From positions 977,981-1,041,980 of the forward strand of contig NMRA01000062.1 in assembly GCA_002633005.1 (NCBI GenBank): a stretch of DNA of 64,000 nt, read 5' to 3'. The notes under the pieces are model-generated. The model did not search any database and was not told the DNA's origin. It was given only the letters and a program-made list of their open reading frames with translations. Shown here piece after piece: positions 52,801 to 64,000 of this stretch (the first letter of the stretch is position 1; the number at the start of each line of letters is the position of its first letter). The stretch comes from Phoronis australis. Lineage: Eukaryota; Animalia; Phoronida. Position numbers and translations under genes: made by a program.

Positions 52801-55800
52801 GCAATGGCTTTCCTTTCAACAAAATGCCATTTCATTGCTACAAAGGTTCCACTAAACTAACAAATAATTTGCCAAGTTTGTCAGAGTCGGATTTATTAAT
52901 ATAGCACCCTATGTAGCTTATTTTGAAAACTGCAGTAATTAGCCAAAAATGTTTGATCTTATGTGTGGTTAATTAGTTTCATTTCATGGTCTAGACGGCC
53001 GATTACTGCTTTCCGGACATGCTTATTTCACCGTTTCCGTAATCGAAATGTGCACTCCCTACCATAAATTAAAATGAACGATGAATATATCTCGTTTAAG
53101 ATCATAAGACTAGTTAATTGTCTTTTCAAGCTTGCGACAGCGTCCACTGGGGCCCAAGCTGCAACAATACGTGCGACTGCGGTTCACGCGCTCTTTCCTG
53201 TAATGCCAGTATAGGCTGCACGGACTGCCTAGCTGGTTGGAGCGGTGTAGGCTGCTATGATGACGTGGACGAATGTCAGCAGTTACCCAGTGTTTGCCTC
53301 CTCAACAGAGAGCACTGTGTAAACTACAATGGCTCATACAGCTGCCTCTGTAATTCTGGCTTTGTTCGAAGTAACGCCACTTGGTGTGAAGGTAAAAGAC
53401 ATGTAACCTACAGGAAATTTTGAGAAATTTGTGAATTTAAGCGGTGCGCGTGTTTTTGTCATAGTCCATGTGGTAAATCAAGGCTAGACTTCCACATGTG
53501 CAGTTATAGTCAATTTTTACCCCCCCCCCATAACCTGTGAAAGTTCTCACCTGTTTGCGATGCGTAATGAGCTCGTGTATTGTAATGACAACTTTATTTT
53601 GTGAAAACCAAGGTGATTATTGTTAGATTACAATCATGATTATGCACCCACGTGTACTAATATACATGTATGGGTGCATGTTGTTTTTGTCTCTGTCTGT
53701 GTGTCTTGCGACCTCTGCTTTATCTCCCTGACCCGTTGCAGGATCTTTATTATATTCTGTATATGTGTTTTATGAAGCAAGCAGATGACAGGTAAGCAAG
53801 AGGTTTTGCCCGGCCCGACTGCCGCTGTGCACCTTTGTGGCAATTTTAGTCTTTTATGTTTATCTTTGTGTATTCGATATTTCTTCATGGATTTTCACAA
53901 GATAGGGGTCTGTTCAAGAGAACACCATGTCGTTAAATTTCAGATGGAATTGTCGTATTTTGTGTCAAGTACTGGTATTTTTGTTATCCAGTCGTTTTAG
54001 GCGCCTGCCTCTCTGTCCGTCAAGCCACGTAAAAGATCATTATCAAAATTGGCAGGTGCGTTCCTGTTGAGAAGACTATGGCTGACGTTGATTTACGAGC
54101 GACACGAGTACTGTGGTGACGCCTCCTAGTGGCAGTTTTTTGCGTGTATAAATGTATCGTCTCAGCCCTAGGCAAGATCTTCATTAAATTTGGAAAGTAT
54201 ATGGATTTGATAAGAAGTTGACAATCGACTACGACGACATTTACACACATCCAACTTCCCCCTGTGCCTCCCTAGGGGCAATATTAATTTTTCCATGTTC
54301 TCTGTGTCTTTGAAACTCATTGGTCGGTTTTTATTAAACGTACCAAATAGGTCTCTATTACAGAGTGGTCAGATTCCCGTTTTCGGATGGATTCGACATA
54401 AAGCGGCTGTTTTCATGGGCGGCGCAACATAGGAGACTGGGAGGGCTATAGCCCCCCACTTTTTTCAGTGCTGCGGTACCCATGTGACTGTTTTTATTGT
54501 CAAGAAAGTGACTTTACAAATACGTTTCTGTTGAGGAGACGCAACGCCTTTTCAGGCGGATATGGCGTATTCCGGGCGCCATTTTGCAAATGTTTCAGTA
54601 CTTTTTGACATTACTCTCACCATCCACCAACACCACATTGATAGGATCACTAATTAAAATTTGGATACGTGTTCCTCTTGAGATGACCGAGGCTCGGGTT
54701 AATTTTCGAATGTGTTAAACTATTCTGGCATCCTCCAGTGGCAATTTTATTAATTTGCGTCCTCGGCTGAGCCTCCTTTACCCTTTCCAAGATATTTAAG
54801 GAATTTAGCAGATGTGTTCCCAAGGAAATGTCAACAGACGCTGGCCAGTTTCAGACCAATCCAACTACAAGTGTGTTCCGTGGTGGCAGTTTTATTTTTT
54901 ACGTTTCCCTCTGTAGCTTCACTTGATGCTTTTTCCTGAAATTTACCAAACAAATTTCTATTATCAAGACGACAGCGCCTTCTCTTTTTGTGGTGGTTTT
55001 GACGTTTTTGCAATTATTATTTCGTCATATGCCTCTGTATCTGAGGAACATTATGAAAATTGGCAGCTGTGTTCCTTCTGATCAGAGCATGACTGACGTG
55101 GATTTTCAAACGGGTATAACTTCTGTGGTGTCGTGTCCCCTAGTAAAATTGTTTTGCGTCTACGGTTGCATCTTTTAAACCTGTTGCAAGATGCTTTTTA
55201 ATTGCAATTGTTTACATATTAACTTGACAGCCGATGAATGGATTTGACTTCCTTATAGGCAGTTTTTAAGTTTGCTTTTGTATCTTTGGAAATCTTTGAC
55301 GAATTTTCACGAAATGTGGCAAATAGTTTTGACGACATCTTCCTAGTTTGGATGAGTTCAATGTGTTCTGTGTCATCTAATGGCCATTTTTATGATACAT
55401 CCCCATAAGTACACCGTTTGCGGTGCAGTCAGGTCTCATTTCAACGATCCGCGTTGCTTTTGTTATCATTTTCCAGTCTGTTAGTGTCGTCAGCCTTTAT
55501 ATCTACCATACCACTCAAAGAATATCTGAAAAAATGTTTTCCATTGACAAAACTGTGACTGATGTTAATTTTCAGATGGGTTTGATTACTTTGGCGCACT
55601 AAGTGTTGATTTTTTTGCATCCATTGCAGTATCTCTTGAATACGTTGGCGGATCTTTTGAAATACGACAAGTGAATACCTATGAACTTGTCAAAATATGC
55701 CAACTTCTTTGGGTCGGAAACAACTACTGCTATGTCTCATAGTTGCAATTCTCTTTTTTTTGTCTTCATCCAATACCTTCGGAGTTGCTAATGTCTTTTT

Positions 55801-58800
55801 TAACACAATAAACATATCTCAATGTATTCCGCAATAGTCGGCAGATTGATATTGATTTTTCAGTTGTTGACGACTCAGAACTTTAATGTCTTAATTGCGC
55901 TCTTCCACTCTAAAAAGATTCGCTCAGATCACGTCATAGATTGAATTCAAAAACTTTTGATGCTATGATGTACCGCCTTTTGGAGGTGTTGATTTGGATT
56001 GCGCTTATTTTTAGTTGTGATTTTCCTAAAAACGGAAACCTTCAGTCTACATTCTTTTGCAACTTTTATGAAAACCAGTCCAGTTTAGTTGCTGCACAGT
56101 GCCTTGCTGTATTTTTTATCATCATAAACATGTTGCACCCCTTTGTATCTGGATGTATTTTCAGATCTTGACGAGTGTGAATCTGGTGAAAACACGTGCG
56201 ATCTGAACGCAGCTTGTAGCAACACGCTCGGTAGCTACAACTGCACGTGCCTTGACGGATACGAGGGAAATGGCACTGTTTGCTCAGATATCAATGAATG
56301 TGAGGCTGTATCGTCGTGTCACCCAAATGCCACATGTATGAACACGGACGGTAGCTACAAGTGTCAGTGCATAACGGGGTTATCAGGCGATGGAGTTACT
56401 GACTGCTTTCCTGTTAATGTAAGTAAATTTTCACGCTGCTTGCCAATCGCGACCAAGTCGTTCATCGTATCAGTACCTATACTTCCCGTTTCTGTTCTCA
56501 ATGACGTTTTATTGCAATTAAACTTCATTTCTTTTGTAAGTTTGTACTTTTTGAATGACCTTGCTGAAAACCTTGCCTTTGACAGACCAGGCCATCATCT
56601 CGAAATGCATCCAATAGTGACTTAATTTTGGATTTCTCTCAAAAATATATGAATGTCATCAATGACGAGGACCACGTGATGTGTATACCGCATTCTGCAA
56701 CTGAGTGCACTCACGCACTAAATATTGTTTAGTAGGAAATTAGAATTCCTTAACTCACGTGTTTTGTTACAAGTACCTTGCTAAACCTCAGCTAGTGTAA
56801 ATGATATGTCTATTTCCAGGAATGCGCATTCAAACTCGACAACTGTAGCTCGGATGCCTCGTGTACAGACCTGGCAATCCTATACTCGTGCAGTTGCAAT
56901 TCTGGTTTTAGTGGCAACGGCATAACTTGTACGGACATTGACGAATGCGCACTCAACATTTCCGCCTGCCACTCCAACGCAAGTTGCCAGAACAATAAGG
57001 GCAGTTACTCGTGTGTTTGCAACAACGGGTATATTGGCGATGGTGTTAACTGCTCTGATGTAAATGAATGCTCTTCGGGCACGGACAATTGTCATCCAAA
57101 CTCGACTTGTACAAATACCGAAGGGGGGTTTACTTGCACGTGTGGCGATGGCTTTCAAGGAAATGGTCTAAACTGCAGTTCCGTGTCTTCGACCATTAAC
57201 CTATCACCCATCTCATCTTCATTTTTGGTAGCGTTTTCTTCTGAAGTTACATCAAGAGGTGTAGTCACATCCACATTTCAGCCACAGTCAACAATACTAA
57301 GTGAATTCACAGATCAGCAGCCTTCAACGGTAGATCTGCTAACTTCTTTGCAAGATCAATTATCAAGCACGCATATATCTAGCTCTCAACAACCATCGAT
57401 TAGTTCAGATATATCTTTGTCTGAGCAACCGTCGTCAACGCAATTAACGTCTACGTCTCAACAAATGTCAGCTAGTACATCTGCGCATTCTGATCAACCG
57501 TCAACAATTGTTGCATCGTCTTCTCAACAGGCAACGACAGTAATGCCTGTTTCAGAGAGTGGCACTAATTCTACGTATGAGCAACCGTCAACAGCTATAG
57601 CTGAGCAGGTTTTGACAAGTTCTGTTGCACTGTCTTCTCGACAAGCATCAACGAGTGAACTTGGATCTTCTCAACAATCATCGGTAATTATTTTACCCTC
57701 TTCCCTAGAAGCGTCAACAATTACCACTGAACAACTACCAACAAGTGCTGTACCATCTCAGCTGGTCTCAAGTGACGTTGCTCTCTCGTCTCAACTTTTG
57801 TTAACGAGTGTATCGTCTACTCACCAGATTTCACCCAGTACTCGCCAATCGTCGACGACTGTAGTATCTTCTGACGATAAATTATCAATCGGTACTGCAA
57901 CCTCATCTCAACAAAAAATGTCGACTCTAGAATCTACCGAGGAATTTTCAATATCTATTCCTGTATTGTCTACTCAACAAGTATCCACGTTTACATCCGT
58001 TTCGGCTCATCAAACATCGACAGTTGGGACATTGTCATCCCAACTGTTATCAACGAGTGTTGACATCTCTATTGCCCAGGAATCGTCAATAAGCTCACAC
58101 CTGTCGTCTCAGGAACTGTCGAGTATTACAACCTCCTCTCAACAGGTTTCATCAAGTGAAACTGGGTCTTCTGAACAACCATCGACAAGCTTACCAGTCT
58201 CTTCCCAAGAAGCGACAACAAGTACAGCTCGACAGCCATCAGCAAGTGTTTTATCATCTGAGCTTGTGACAAGTAGTGCAGTTGCCTCCTCAAAACAACT
58301 ATTAACGAGTGGAGGATACTCTACTCTGCAACTGTCAACAAGCAGTTCTGCTTCATCTCAACAATCACCGTTGAGTCTTGCGTCTTCTGAACAGGTTTCA
58401 GCCAGTTCTTTCGCACTGTCTTCTCAACAAGTGTCGATGAGTCAACTTGGATCTTCTCAAGAACTATCTAAATTCGAACCATTCTCCTCACAACAGACAT
58501 CAACAATTATCAGTGAACAGATACCAACAAGTGGCGTTCCATCTCAGCTGGTGTCAAGTGGTGTTGTTATCTCGTCTCAACATTTGCTTACGACTCCTAC
58601 TCAACAGGTGTCAACAAGTACCGCTGATGCTTTGCACCAATCGCCGACTACAGCTACCTCTTCCCAGCAACTTGTAGCGTCATCTACTCAACAGGAATCA
58701 AAAAGCACCACTGCATCATTTGCTCACCAATCGTCAAGTGCAGTTGCCCTTACATCACAACAAGCAGTGGCGAGTCTAGCGCCATCTTCGTCCCTGTTAA

Positions 58801-61800
58801 TGCCAACTACAATACTGCCGACATCATATCTGCAACTGTCTGTATTGACATCGTCCTCTATATATCAACAGCCTTCCGCTAGTATTGCAGCCTCTTCAAC
58901 TCTAGACTTGACAGCATCTTCAATAGCTAGTTCACCCGGTAATACCATTGTTTATTCAATTTACTCAAACACAATTTACTGTAACTTGTGAACAAAACAT
59001 AATTCATATACGGTTGTGTAAATTCCTGTTAATTTGACGTTTTTGGCTTGTAATGAGGCTGCTCAGTTATAGGAAAATTCGTTAGTTCAGAAATGAAAGC
59101 CTCAAAATGACTGTTTTAAGCAATGGAGGTTCACTTTTTGTAAACACACCATTAATTTATGTAAAGATTAAACATATTTTTTAGATTTCAAATTCAATTG
59201 CAAAAGTGTTGTTGATCATTCTCGGGATGTGACTTTTATCTTGTGAAAAAGATGTGACTTCGATTTGCATCACGGAAATGTGTATTTTGTTTAAAAAGCG
59301 ATGTTGCTCATACTTGGCGCTCCTGGACCGTTTGTTGTGTTCTCATGAACCGTTTGCCGTGCGACTTCATGTATTAGAAATCTCAGTACAGTCACTTGGA
59401 ATAAAATTTATCGGCTCTGTAACAAACTTAATATCTAATAAAACTTGCTGTCAATATTACATACACGAATGAGTTCCCAGTCACCCACGATTGCACTGGT
59501 TTGTTTTCAAATATTCATTTGATTGTTTTGCCACAATTTTACTTGCAATTGAAGTATATATCATCAAAGAAAAACACCTTTTATTTTCAGAAACGTCTTC
59601 CGACCTCAACTTCATGATCAGGCTTAATCTGACCTTTCGCTCAAACTACAACAACCTGTCTGATCCTATAACAGTGACCTTCGTCAATAACTTGATAGCT
59701 GCGGTAAGTTGTTGTCCAAAAATCACCGTCATACTTCGATAAAATCAGATGATAAACATTTTCCGTAATCAGACAATCATTTTCTGTAAACTGTTGACGT
59801 CGAAATCTTGTTTCAGCTGGAACCAATTTACAAGAGAAGTGTGTCAAATTTCCTGAGTCTGACTATACAACAGATACGGTATGTATGCATACTTTAGTGC
59901 TACAACTCTTTAAATTCTCATGTTTTCAAAATGGTATGAGTTCGTTTCTAACTGATTCATATTAGGCTTCAAAATAGGTATGCTAACTCATTTGATTGGC
60001 CTGTCCATGGTTGAATTTGGGATACGGCCTTTTATTTAGCTCTCTTAAATGAAAGTTTTATCATTTCAACTTTCATTGGTGCTTAAAGGCTCTTGCTGTT
60101 TCTACTAAGGGGTAGTCAAAACATTTAAAATTTACTTCGCAGCCAATCTTTACCAAACTTTTATGTTATCCCACGTCCTCTCTTAATGACAGCAGGGTGT
60201 TCAAAATGTTCTTCTTTGGCAAATGTGATTGTGAAAACTTCATTCAGCAAGTTGGCTGAGTAAGAAACGAAATCGAACTAGGTGTTTTAAGGTTATATAA
60301 AACCTTATTTATCCCCTTCCATTCTAACTCACGTATCAAAAAACTAGGCTTTGTCAGCTAGTAAAAGTATATATTTTCTTAGTCTGGCTATTCGACAGAT
60401 AGGTTATGTATGCTTATACTCTAGTGTCTCAATTCCAACCTTATGTTGAAAATGTTCTTTTTGGCAAATACTGTTGTTGAAATTCATTTTAGCCAGTTGC
60501 TTAGCTAAGAAACAAAAATTAAATTGGGTATTTTAGTGCTATTTAACCAGTCTTGTTATATTCTATACCATGGTAGATTTTTTTCTTTACCAGTGAGACC
60601 GTCGAAACACTCAATATCTTAGGAAAACGATTCGGGGTTGCGAATTAAAAATTGCACCTCTACACAAGTCATAACCTTAGTAATGTAAATAAAATCTCTT
60701 GATGCTAAAAAATACTGTGAAAACATTTCATTCAGAGTAAAATTAATGTACTAATTAAAGAGGGGTAATTCAACCTTAAATTTGTTTTGCGTACGTGTTA
60801 AGTTTGTTCAGCACAACAGCATACTTTCTTGCATCAAAAGGATGATAACCAGAAGGCCTCTTCCAACAGAACAATGAGACATTCGCCCTGCAAGCGACGC
60901 TACTATTAGAATTATCCGTTTTTAACGGAAGCTTATGCATGAAATCCAACTGTAATGACAGTGTCATTGCTTTACAGAAGCGGGTCTACAATTGTTGATC
61001 AGCTGATCAAGTTGGACGGTAATCTTACTGATGATGAAAAGTTAAAAGCTAGTGAGCAAGCAGTTGACGCAATCGTTGCAACAAACGGGTCACTGACTGT
61101 GGGTAGCGAAGACGTGACGTTTCTCGACTATCGGAATTCTTTCACCGAAGGTAAGCTTAATGTTGGCAGTCTCAGGATTCATACGCAATAAAATACCCAT
61201 TCACGATTGCTATTGAATTTACCTGTTTCGAATGCAATTTTTAGAATTGTTGTATTTTTTAAATTGTCAGGCATCAACTGCAGCGAACCTGTGGGTGAAG
61301 ATCCGAATGCTGTTCGCACGGGATCCACATTCATATACGGTTACGATGTTGAGTATGTTTGTCAATCGGGATACACTCCCCTGTCTGGTGATGCAAAGCT
61401 AACGTGTTTGTCCAACAATACGTGGAGCGGTCTACCGTTGCAGTGTCAAGGTATGTCAGTTATGTCTTACCTGGTGCACCACATCTACTATCACTATCAC
61501 TACCAGTATAGCTGGTGCTGCTGCGGCAAGTGCTACTGCGGATACTCTGCTACTACTCCCACTCTTTATACTTCTATTTCTTAATCTCCACTGCTTCTAC
61601 TCGTGTCGTTGCTTCTAGTACTAGGTAACTTACAGTTGTTCTTAAGGAACCGGAAATGTTCGAAATAAGACATTGGTAAACTTTGTTGGTGCGGCTTTGA
61701 ATTATAAAAGCGCACAACTCGTGAGGTCCTTACGGACTATGATAGACGCCATACCGAGAGTCTGAATTACTTCATCAATAATCCCCGTGCTTCGTGGTCA

Positions 61801-64000
61801 TGTTTTTTGTTTCGTATAGGCAATTTCAATGCATAAATATTCACTAAACGATATCGTCCTTCCAGGAGAGACTTCAGCCACTTCGCAACAGCCAACAACA
61901 ATAACACCTCTATCTAAGGAATTGTCAACTAGTACTGCTTCCCCTCCTCAACTTGCAACAACTGTAGACTCTCTCGAACAGTTGTCAACGAGTTTGGCTA
62001 CATCGCCTTATCCACCAACGTCGACAAGTAGTGCTGATTCTATCAAACAACCATCAACAATTGTTGCACTGTCTTCCGAACGGCTATCGACGAGTGTTGA
62101 CAGTTCTTCTACTCTGCAATCGACAATAATTTCGTACCGCTCATTGCAATTCCCATCCAGTTTTACAGAATATCAGCTGATGGCAAGTAGTGGTAGCGCT
62201 GTCTCTTCTGAGCTAACGAGTGAAGGATATTCTACTCAGCAGTTATTGACAAGTACAGATCAAATATCTCAACAACTATTCACGAGCATTGCATCTTCTG
62301 AACAGACCTCAACAAGTTCTGTTCCACTGTCTTCTTCAGAAGCATTAACAAGTGATCTTGGATCATCTCAACAATCACCAACACTTGTACCATTCTCTTC
62401 TGAAGAAGCGTCTTTAAGTACCGCTGAGCAACCACCAACAAGTGTTGTGTCATCTCAGCTGGTGTCAAGTGATGCTTCTGTGTCGTCTCAAGATTTGATA
62501 AGTAGTGCACTTTTGTCTACTCAAGAGGTGTCAACAAGTAGTTTTGCTTCGTTGCAACCAACGCTATCGAGTGAATTATCTCTTGACGATAAATTGTCTA
62601 CTGTTGCTGCTACATCTTCTCAGCAATTTTCGTCAACTCCAGAATCTACCCAGGAGTTAACATTTATTTCTGATTCTTCGCTGCATCCCTCAACAGTTGA
62701 TGCAATGTCTTCTCAAATCATATCAGCGAGTGTTGACATCTCTGTTGATGATGCAACATCTGTAGGCTTTCAAGTTTCATCTATGCAACCATCGAGTGTG
62801 TTAGATTCTTCTGAGCAAGTTTTAACAAGTTTTGTCGGCTTGTCTTCTCAACAGGCCGCCTCAAGTGAAGTTAAATCATCTGACCTTTTAACAACTGTTC
62901 CTCTCTCTTCCGGTGAAGCATCAAGTACAATTCAACAGACATCAGGAAGTGTTGTGACATCTCAGCTGATGGCAAGTAGTGGTAGCGCTGTCTCTTCTGA
63001 GCTAACGAGTGAAGGATATTCTACTCAGCAGTTATTGACAAGTACAGATCAAATATCTCAACAACTATTCACGAGCATTGCGTCTTCTGAACAGACATCA
63101 AAAAGTTCTGTTCCACTGTCTTCTTCAGAAGCATTAACAAGTGAACTTGGATCATCTCAACAATCACCAACACTTGTACCATTCTCTTCTGAAGAAGCGT
63201 CTTTAAGTACGGCTGAACAACCACCAACAAGTGTTGTGACATCTCAGCTGGTGTCAAGTGATGCTTCTGTCTCGTCTCAAGATTTGTTAAGTAGTGCGCT
63301 TTTGTCTACACAAGAGGTGTCAACAAGTAGTGTTGCTTCGTTGCAACCAACGCTATCGAGTGAATTATCTCTTGACGATAAATTGTCCACTGTTGCTGCT
63401 ACATCTTCTCAGCAATTTTCGTCAACTCCAGAATCTACCCAGGAGTTAACCTTTATTTCTGATTCTTCGCTACACCCCTCAACAGTTGATGCAATGTCTT
63501 CTCAAATCATATCAGCGAGTGTTGACATCTCTGTTGATGATGCAACATCTGTAGGCTTACAAGTTTCATCTCTGCAACCATCGAGTGTTTTAGATTCTTC
63601 TGAGCAAGTTTTAACAAGTTTTGTCGCCTTGTCTTCTCAACAGGCGGCCTCAAGTGAAGTTAAATCATCTGACCTTTTAACAACTGCTCCTCTCTCTTCC
63701 GATGAAGCATCAAGTACAATTCAACAGACATCAGAAAATGTTGTGACATCTCAGCTGATGGCAAGTAGTAGTAGCGCTTTGTCTTCTGAGCTAACGAGTG
63801 AAGGATATTCTACTCAGCAGTTATTGACAAGTACAGATCAAATATCTCAACAACTATTCACGAGCATTGCGTCTTCTGAACAGACCTCAACAAGTTCTGT
63901 TAGACTGTCTTCTCCAGAAGCATTAACAAGTGATCTCGGATCATCTCAACAATCACCAACACTTGTACCATTCTCTTCTGAAGAAGCGTCTTTAAGTACC
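34750..64000 (+). CDS. Giant MUC4/SUSD2-like mucin, repeat unit B (exons 1-25, runs off the window)
   Basis: Same exon order, lengths and phases as unit A (exon 20 longer). Continues in frame from unit A through a phase-1 intron. Confidence 0.88.
35116..35255 (+). CDS. Unit B exon 2: NIDO
   Basis: Paralog of 1248-1387, same length and splice sites. Confidence 0.85.
35424..35729 (+). CDS. Unit B exon 3: NIDO
   Basis: Paralog of 1565-1870. Confidence 0.9.
37370..37589 (+). CDS. Unit B exon 4: NIDO core
   Basis: Paralog of 3403-3622. Confidence 0.9.
39108..39343 (+). CDS. Unit B exon 5: NIDO end / AMOP
   Basis: Paralog of 5182-5417. Confidence 0.88.
39751..39973 (+). CDS. Unit B exon 6: AMOP
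   Basis: Paralog of 6601-6823. Confidence 0.9.
40504..40728 (+). CDS. Unit B exon 7: VWD start with GDPH
   Basis: [14 protein letters not shown]. Confidence 0.92.
40836..40949 (+). CDS. Unit B exon 8: VWD
   Basis: Paralog of 7678-7791. Confidence 0.85.
41007..42438 (+). mobile_element. Non-autonomous Kolobok-like DNA transposon with a decayed THAP domain
   Basis: Inserted at a TTAA (flanks TTAA/TTAT; empty site ttcaTTAAgttg at ~7845 in unit A). ~165-bp imperfect TIRs. Frameshifted CCAPGC..LHSF.K..RKW..VCGKH, and [18 protein letters not shown]. Confidence 0.75.
42784..42978 (+). CDS. Unit B exon 9: VWD
   Basis: Paralog of 8191-8385. Confidence 0.9.
44266..44502 (+). CDS. Unit B exon 10, first copy
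   Basis: Paralog of 9939-10175; appears identical to 45093-45329. Confidence 0.75.
45093..45329 (+). CDS. Unit B exon 10, second copy (one copy is probably an assembly artefact)
   Basis: Within the ~827-bp tandem duplication joined at the N at 44604. Confidence 0.75.
45692..45911 (+). CDS. Unit B exon 11: Ig/cadherin-like
   Basis: Paralog of 10557-10776. Confidence 0.85.
47055..47230 (+). CDS. Unit B exon 12
   Basis: Paralog of 12463-12638. Confidence 0.85.
47762..47926 (+). CDS. Unit B exon 13: EGF
   Basis: Paralog of 13190-13354. Confidence 0.9.
48540..48668 (+). CDS. Unit B exon 14: Ca-binding EGF
   Basis: Identical to 13964-14092. Confidence 0.9.
49906..50034 (+). CDS. Unit B exon 15: Ca-binding EGF containing RGD
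   Basis: [15 protein letters not shown]. Confidence 0.9.
51197..51322 (+). CDS. Unit B exon 16: EGF
   Basis: Paralog of 16809-16934. Confidence 0.9.
52074..52202 (+). CDS. Unit B exon 17: Ca-binding EGF
   Basis: Paralog of 17650-17778. Confidence 0.9.
53131..53391 (+). CDS. Unit B exon 18: laminin-type EGF plus Ca-binding EGF
   Basis: Paralog of 18644-18904. Confidence 0.9.
54414..54484. mobile_element. Short MITE, same family as 2374-2517 (reverse orientation)
   Basis: catgggcggcgc..gggagggctatagccccccacttttttcagtgctgcg..cccatg. Confidence 0.6.
56165..56418 (+). CDS. Unit B exon 19: two Ca-binding EGF
   Basis: Paralog of 20894-21147. Confidence 0.92.
56820..58938 (+). CDS. Unit B exon 20: three Ca-binding EGF plus ~585-aa Ser/Thr tract
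   Basis: ttccag|ECAFKLDNC; open frame continuous with the 602-aa ORF at 57183; 2,119 nt. Confidence 0.92.
59591..59703 (+). CDS. Unit B exon 21: SEA part 1
   Basis: Paralog of 23124-23236. Confidence 0.85.
59817..59878 (+). CDS. Unit B exon 22: SEA part 2
   Basis: Paralog of 23362-23423. Confidence 0.85.
60978..61150 (+). CDS. Unit B exon 23: SEA part 3
   Basis: RSGSTIVD. Confidence 0.85.
61271..61450 (+). CDS. Unit B exon 24: Sushi/CCP
   Basis: Paralog of 24584-24763. Confidence 0.92.
61866..64000 (+). CDS. Unit B exon 25: giant Ser/Thr exon (truncated by the window end)
   Basis: ttccag|[10 protein letters not shown]..; 789-nt in-frame tandem repeats. Confidence 0.9.
62173..64000 (+). 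repeat. Coding tandem array of 789-nt (263-aa) units
   Basis: tcagctgatggcaagtagt recurs at 62173, 62962 and 63751. Confidence 0.9.

Noticed and set aside
1-64000. Units A and B as two haplotypes of one locus mis-assembled in tandem
   Set aside because: Introns are heavily diverged with different transposon insertions, exon 20 and exon 25 structures differ, and there is no gap at the junction.

Overview
Eukaryotic (invertebrate animal-type, AT-rich introns, GT-AG splicing) genomic DNA. The whole window is the interior of one + strand multi-exon gene for a giant secreted or cell-surface MUC4/SUSD2-like mucin. A 27-exon, ~34.07-kb cassette (EGF - NIDO - AMOP - VWD with GDPH - Ig/cadherin-like - ~14 EGF - Ser/Thr - SEA - Sushi - giant Ser/Thr exon - Sushi - Sushi; 11,844 coding nt = 3,948 aa by my exon sum) is repeated head-to-tail. 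Unit A exons span 685-33986 and unit B spans 34750 to beyond 64000. The units join in frame through an ordinary 763-nt phase-1 intron, with no stop, signal peptide or transmembrane exon that I can see. Bases 1-684 are homologous to that junction intron, implying another Sushi exon, and possibly another unit, upstream. About 6,700 aa are encoded inside the window, open at both ends. Introns carry a THAP-bearing Kolobok-like element, MITEs, a LINE 3' end, a SINE-like head, a Penelope-type hammerhead motif, a pseudo-exon and simple repeats. One exon duplication at an N is probably an assembly artefact. All exon boundaries were read by eye from splice consensus and frame continuity; there is no transcript evidence.
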